A stretch of 40,292 nt of DNA from Octopus bimaculoides (Eukaryota), in NCBI RefSeq assembly GCF_001194135.2, contig NC_068988.1, forward strand, positions 65,616,644-65,656,935, read 5' to 3'. Position numbers and translations under genes: made by a program. Positions 36,370-40,292 of this stretch are shown here, in pieces. The notes beneath the pieces were generated by a model that was not told the origin of the DNA, made no database searches, and worked only from the letters and a program-made list of their open reading frames with translations. Numbering within the stretch: the first letter of the stretch is position 1; each line of letters starts with the position of its first letter.

Positions 36370-37264
36370 CCAGGTGCGTTCAAAAAGTACACGACTTCAT
36401 TTTTCTCGCCCAAAACTAATGCTATGTGAGTCAAATCACCTGTACGGAAAGCGGCACCGCTATTCCTGCACTTGTAAGAAATTTTGCGCCGATAGGCCGC
36501 GTCAGTTCCCGGCTTGTACACCTTGAGTACAGATATGCTGTGCGCACTGAACGGATTTTCGTTTTCGCAGGGATATTGCGTCAAGTTTTACCAAAAGCTT
36601 GGTGATGCTCAAGCTCAAGACATCTAAAAGATTGAGCAGGCCTTTGGTGAATATGCCATGGGCAAAATTCGGATGAAGGAGTAGTACAACCGCTTCAAAC
36701 GTAGCCGCATCTCAGTGGAGAGCGAGGTACGCTCATACAGGAAATCCACAAACTGAAACAGGGAGTCGATTAAGAAGGTTCAGCGAATAGTCATGCAGCA
36801 ATCCAGGAAATTGATCACGAAGTGGGAATCAGCGCAGTATCAGTAGTTTCCATTTTATCGGAGGATCTGTGTATGAGAAGAGTGTCAGAGAAACTCGTCC
36901 CCAAGATGCTGGTGGAGCACAAAAGCAACTCCACATGGAAATCACTCAGGACATACTGCACTTTGCAAACCACGATCCAGACTTAATGGAGATCATTCTA
37001 ACAGTTGATGAAACATGGGTTTATGGTCTCTGCTCGACGCGTTCGATCATCTTGCGGGAAAACTAACATCAGACGAGTGCGCACTACGAGTCTCTACTCT
37101 ATGCGCAACAGCTGGGAAATGATGCGAGCAGTCGGTCGGCTGGCACGAAAATATTCAAGCACGCGCAGGGAGAGTAGTGTCATCTTTCATCCAAAGGATT
37201 TTTCCCACACAGCATTAGTTTTGGCGGTAAAAAATAAAGTCGGATACTTTTTGAACGCACCTCG
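36370..37264 (+). mobile_element. mariner transposon, internally deleted, both TIRs and TA TSD present
   Basis: Left CCAGGTGCGTTCAAAAAGTACACGACTTCATTTTTCTCGCCCAAAACTAATGCT matches the reverse complement of the right end; TA at 36368-36369 and 37265-37266; YCVKFYQKLG, YNRFKRSRISVESE, EDLCMRRVSEKLVPK, TVDETWVYG. Confidence 0.93.
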
Positions 37265-38511
37265 TAAAAGCTAAAAAATCCAGGAATTAAACCCTTATTT
37301 ATGTTGCTTGACACACCTTTGTTCATTGGAAACGTGTTATAAATTGGAGATTTTCTTCTAGTCTTTCATGTATGAAATATGCAGGTACAAATACTTAAAC
37401 CAAAACTTAATGTCTCGTGTTAACTTCTTAGGCTTCAATGGATCCTATATCAAAACATGAATGTGAAAGACATTTTTACTTCTTCCTCTTCTATGCCGAG
37501 ACGTTGTATTCCTGGCAGTGAATGTAAGCTATTTTAATTAACACTTCACAAGGAGAAAGTCGTTAAAGGGTTAGCACGTCGTAATAGATTTAGTTTTAAG
37601 CATTTGCACATTCATATTAAAGTCAGGAGGAGGAAGAATGTTTTCGTCTTTATGAAATGTTACTAGTGAATAAAGAAATAATAATCACTAAGGCTTGGTA
37701 CCGAAGAAAGTTATTAGTAATAATCGCAGAAAATTTAAGTGTCCTCACAAAATTACGACCTGATTAAGAGAAGTATCACATCATCAGTTGCTGGAAAAGC
37801 GGCAGCGTACCTGTATAAACAAACCACTAGCAGAAAATTACATTGAGTCGCCATTGATATGGAAAAGAACAGTTAGGTTGATGTTAGCATTTTTGATGTG
37901 AGCATAAAAACGCTAATGAAAAGAAACTATGCGTTGAGGAGAGGCAACATTGTGTGAATGACGGATACTATTTTAGTCATTCTTTTAAACAAATGTTTGT
38001 CTAATGATAATTTTCATGCATGCTTGAGTAGTGCATTATTATTCATCTAATTAGTAGTTCTCTAATCAATACTGATTAGATTGATGAAAAAATTAGATGT
38101 AAAATAATGAACTCAAAGCACGTGCAGGCTTCGCTGGAGAGGTTTAATAAGACAGAAAAATATGTCGAGTTGTCTTGGCAAAATAGCTAGAAGAACAGTA
38201 GCAATTGAGCTAATGTATTTTCTTTGTATAATTCTATTTAATATGCGAGTTTTTTATACTGACAGCATTAAATGTTAATAGTGTCTTAACTTGTCTGATT
38301 CCGATTTTTATCAAAGATTTTCACTTCAGTACTTTTTCTTAATGCAAAGTTTGAGTAAAATAATTACGCTTTTAATTTTCGTGGCGAAGTGTGTCTGTAT
38401 AAGAGGTAGCCATGAAAATAAATGAGAGATCCAGACGTTGTTTAATCTGTGGAGAGCAGTAGTTGCCAATATATGGGTCGCAGTGTCATTCGGAAATTCT
38501 ATTAATTTCGA

Positions 38512-38900
38512 AGCTTGCTTATAAACTACATGGTTCCAGATTCAATACTACTGCGTGGCACCTTGAGCATGTAGCTTCTGTTATTGCCTCGGACCAACCA
38601 AAACTTTGTAAGTGGATTTGATAGACGGAAGCTGAAAGAAGCCCGTTGTATGTATATGTATAAATCTATGTGTGTGTGTGTTTGTGTCTATATTTGTCCC
38701 GAATCATCGCTTGACCTCCGGTGCTGGTGTGTTTACGTTCCCGTAACTTAACAACTGGGCAAAAGATATCCAGTAGAATAAGAAGTAACAGGCTTTTTGA
38801 AAAAAAAGGTCCTGCGGTCGGCTTGCTCGATTAAAACTCCAAAAGGTGGAGCCCCAGGATAGCGTAGTTAAATGACTGAAAAAAGTAAAAATTAAAAGAA
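38512..38900 (+). mobile_element. SINE family B, near full length
   Basis: CTGCGTGGCACCTTGAGCA...GATAGACGGAAGCTGAAAGAAGCCCGTTGTAT(AT/GT)n...AAATGACTGAAA. Confidence 0.88.
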
Positions 38901-38954
38901 TGTATTATAATATGCTATAAGCATAAGAACTACAAAACACAGTTTTCTTTAACT

Positions 38955-39132
38955 ATCGGTTTTGGCACTAGGCCAGCAAGTTTAAGGGTGAGGGTGGGGG
39001 TAAGTCGATTATATTGACCCCCCATTCCTCGACTGGAACTTATTTTATCGACCCCGAAAGGATGAAAGGCAAAGTTGACCTCGGTGGAATTTGAACTCAA
39101 GACGTAAAGAGGGAGAAAATACCGCTAAGCAT
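38955..39132 (-). mobile_element. SINE family A (tail type 3)
   Basis: TTATCGACCCCGAAAGGATGAAAGGCAAAGTTGACCTCGGTGGAATTTGAACTC. Confidence 0.88.
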
Positions 39133-40246
39133 TATCACCTGTAAATATTTACCCCAGTACCAAAACGTAAAAAAGAAATGAAAAGTGCAACAGGGGTTTC
39201 AGAAGAGTTCATGGTTTGCTAGAATGAGTGGCGATGGTAATTGTTTGGCAAAGGGCAGCAGAAAATATACTGCAATGTTGGAATGCAGAGAAAGATTGAT
39301 ACACTGTTAGATTTTAGCAACAGAGAACTGTGCTGTATTTATCGGTATTGAGGCGAAGAGGGGGAACAGTTACAAAGTGCATCAATGCTACATCTCTTTC
39401 TCGGAATACTTAATGAAAAAACAAAACAAAACAAAATAACATTTGCTGTAACTGAGAGAAATGCTTTTCACTGACTATGGTAGATAGTTTTATCAGTTCA
39501 AAACTTGACTTTTATAAAAACAAAAATCATTTTACTGCATACGCATACACCTATACAAACATAAACACAAGCATATATACTCAGACATGTATGTGTCTGT
39601 ATGTATGTGAGTACATGTAATCCATAAGCAGCATGCGTGATGGTTGAGTGTTATCTAGTTCACCATGTACATCATACTCACACACACACATTATATATAT
39701 ATGCATGTATCATCAAACCTAATGCTAGCTAATTAGCCATCAGGAACCAAAAATGCTGAAATGATATTCAACCTCACATTTCCAACGTCTTTTCAACAAT
39801 GGTTTTGCTTTAATTGTTTTTTGTTCAAACTCAGCCATTTTTTTTTTAAAGCCACTGCTTCTCTTTTGGAATTTTATTTTATATGAGCAGCACTGCAGAT
39901 AAATTCCATGCAGATGCTATCTTTAGAATTTGTCAAAGCAAAACAGAAAAGAACGAACAAAAAAGAAGCTTTCAACGCAACAATGTGTCTGTGTTCATTT
40001 CGTGTTGTGTAATTTACTTGATATGAAGAATATAAACCGTTCAGACATTGAATGTGTACGTAGTGTATATGTGTACGTGTTTGTAGAGTCACAGTGTCTA
40101 TATAAGTGAGAATATGAGTGAAATTGTGTGTGTAGGTGTGTGTATATGTGTATACACGAATATATACATATATACTTACATATGATATATGCATATACCT
40201 ATATATATCCATATGCATGTGTATGTATAAATATGCTATATATATG

Positions 40247-40247
<1 letters not shown>

Positions 40248-40292
<45 letters not shown>
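40248..40292. repeat. (TA)n microsatellite
   Basis: Directly visible. Confidence 0.97.

Noticed and set aside
37418-37580. Possible piggyBac-type MITE (TTAAC... / ...AAAGGGTTAG)
   Set aside because: The ends match too poorly and the right TTAA is not intact.

Overview
Gappy, AT-rich, microsatellite-dense eukaryotic DNA (nine N-runs, 4,060 of 40,292 bases). The SINE families match, from my recollection, those typical of Octopus genomes (inference, not a database result). I can support no intact host gene, tRNA/rRNA gene or CRISPR array; the window reads as intergenic or deep-intronic DNA built from transposon relics. The dominant component is about 15 fragments of R4/Dong-like, restriction-like-endonuclease non-LTR retrotransposons, several abutting (TAA)n arrays. 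Also present: two tRNA-derived SINE families in many copies, RTE and CR1/L2 LINE fragments, three Tc1/mariner-type elements, and a Penelope-like element (PLE) with direct pseudo-LTR repeats. The most curious items are a 100-bp LRR-like insert and a half-hammerhead motif inside the PLE, permuted and internally deleted Dong pieces, and a SINE family whose alternative 3' tails go with different insertion contexts. Most ORFs in the supplied track are artefacts of N-runs, microsatellites or TE relics. All homology calls are by-eye motif comparisons.
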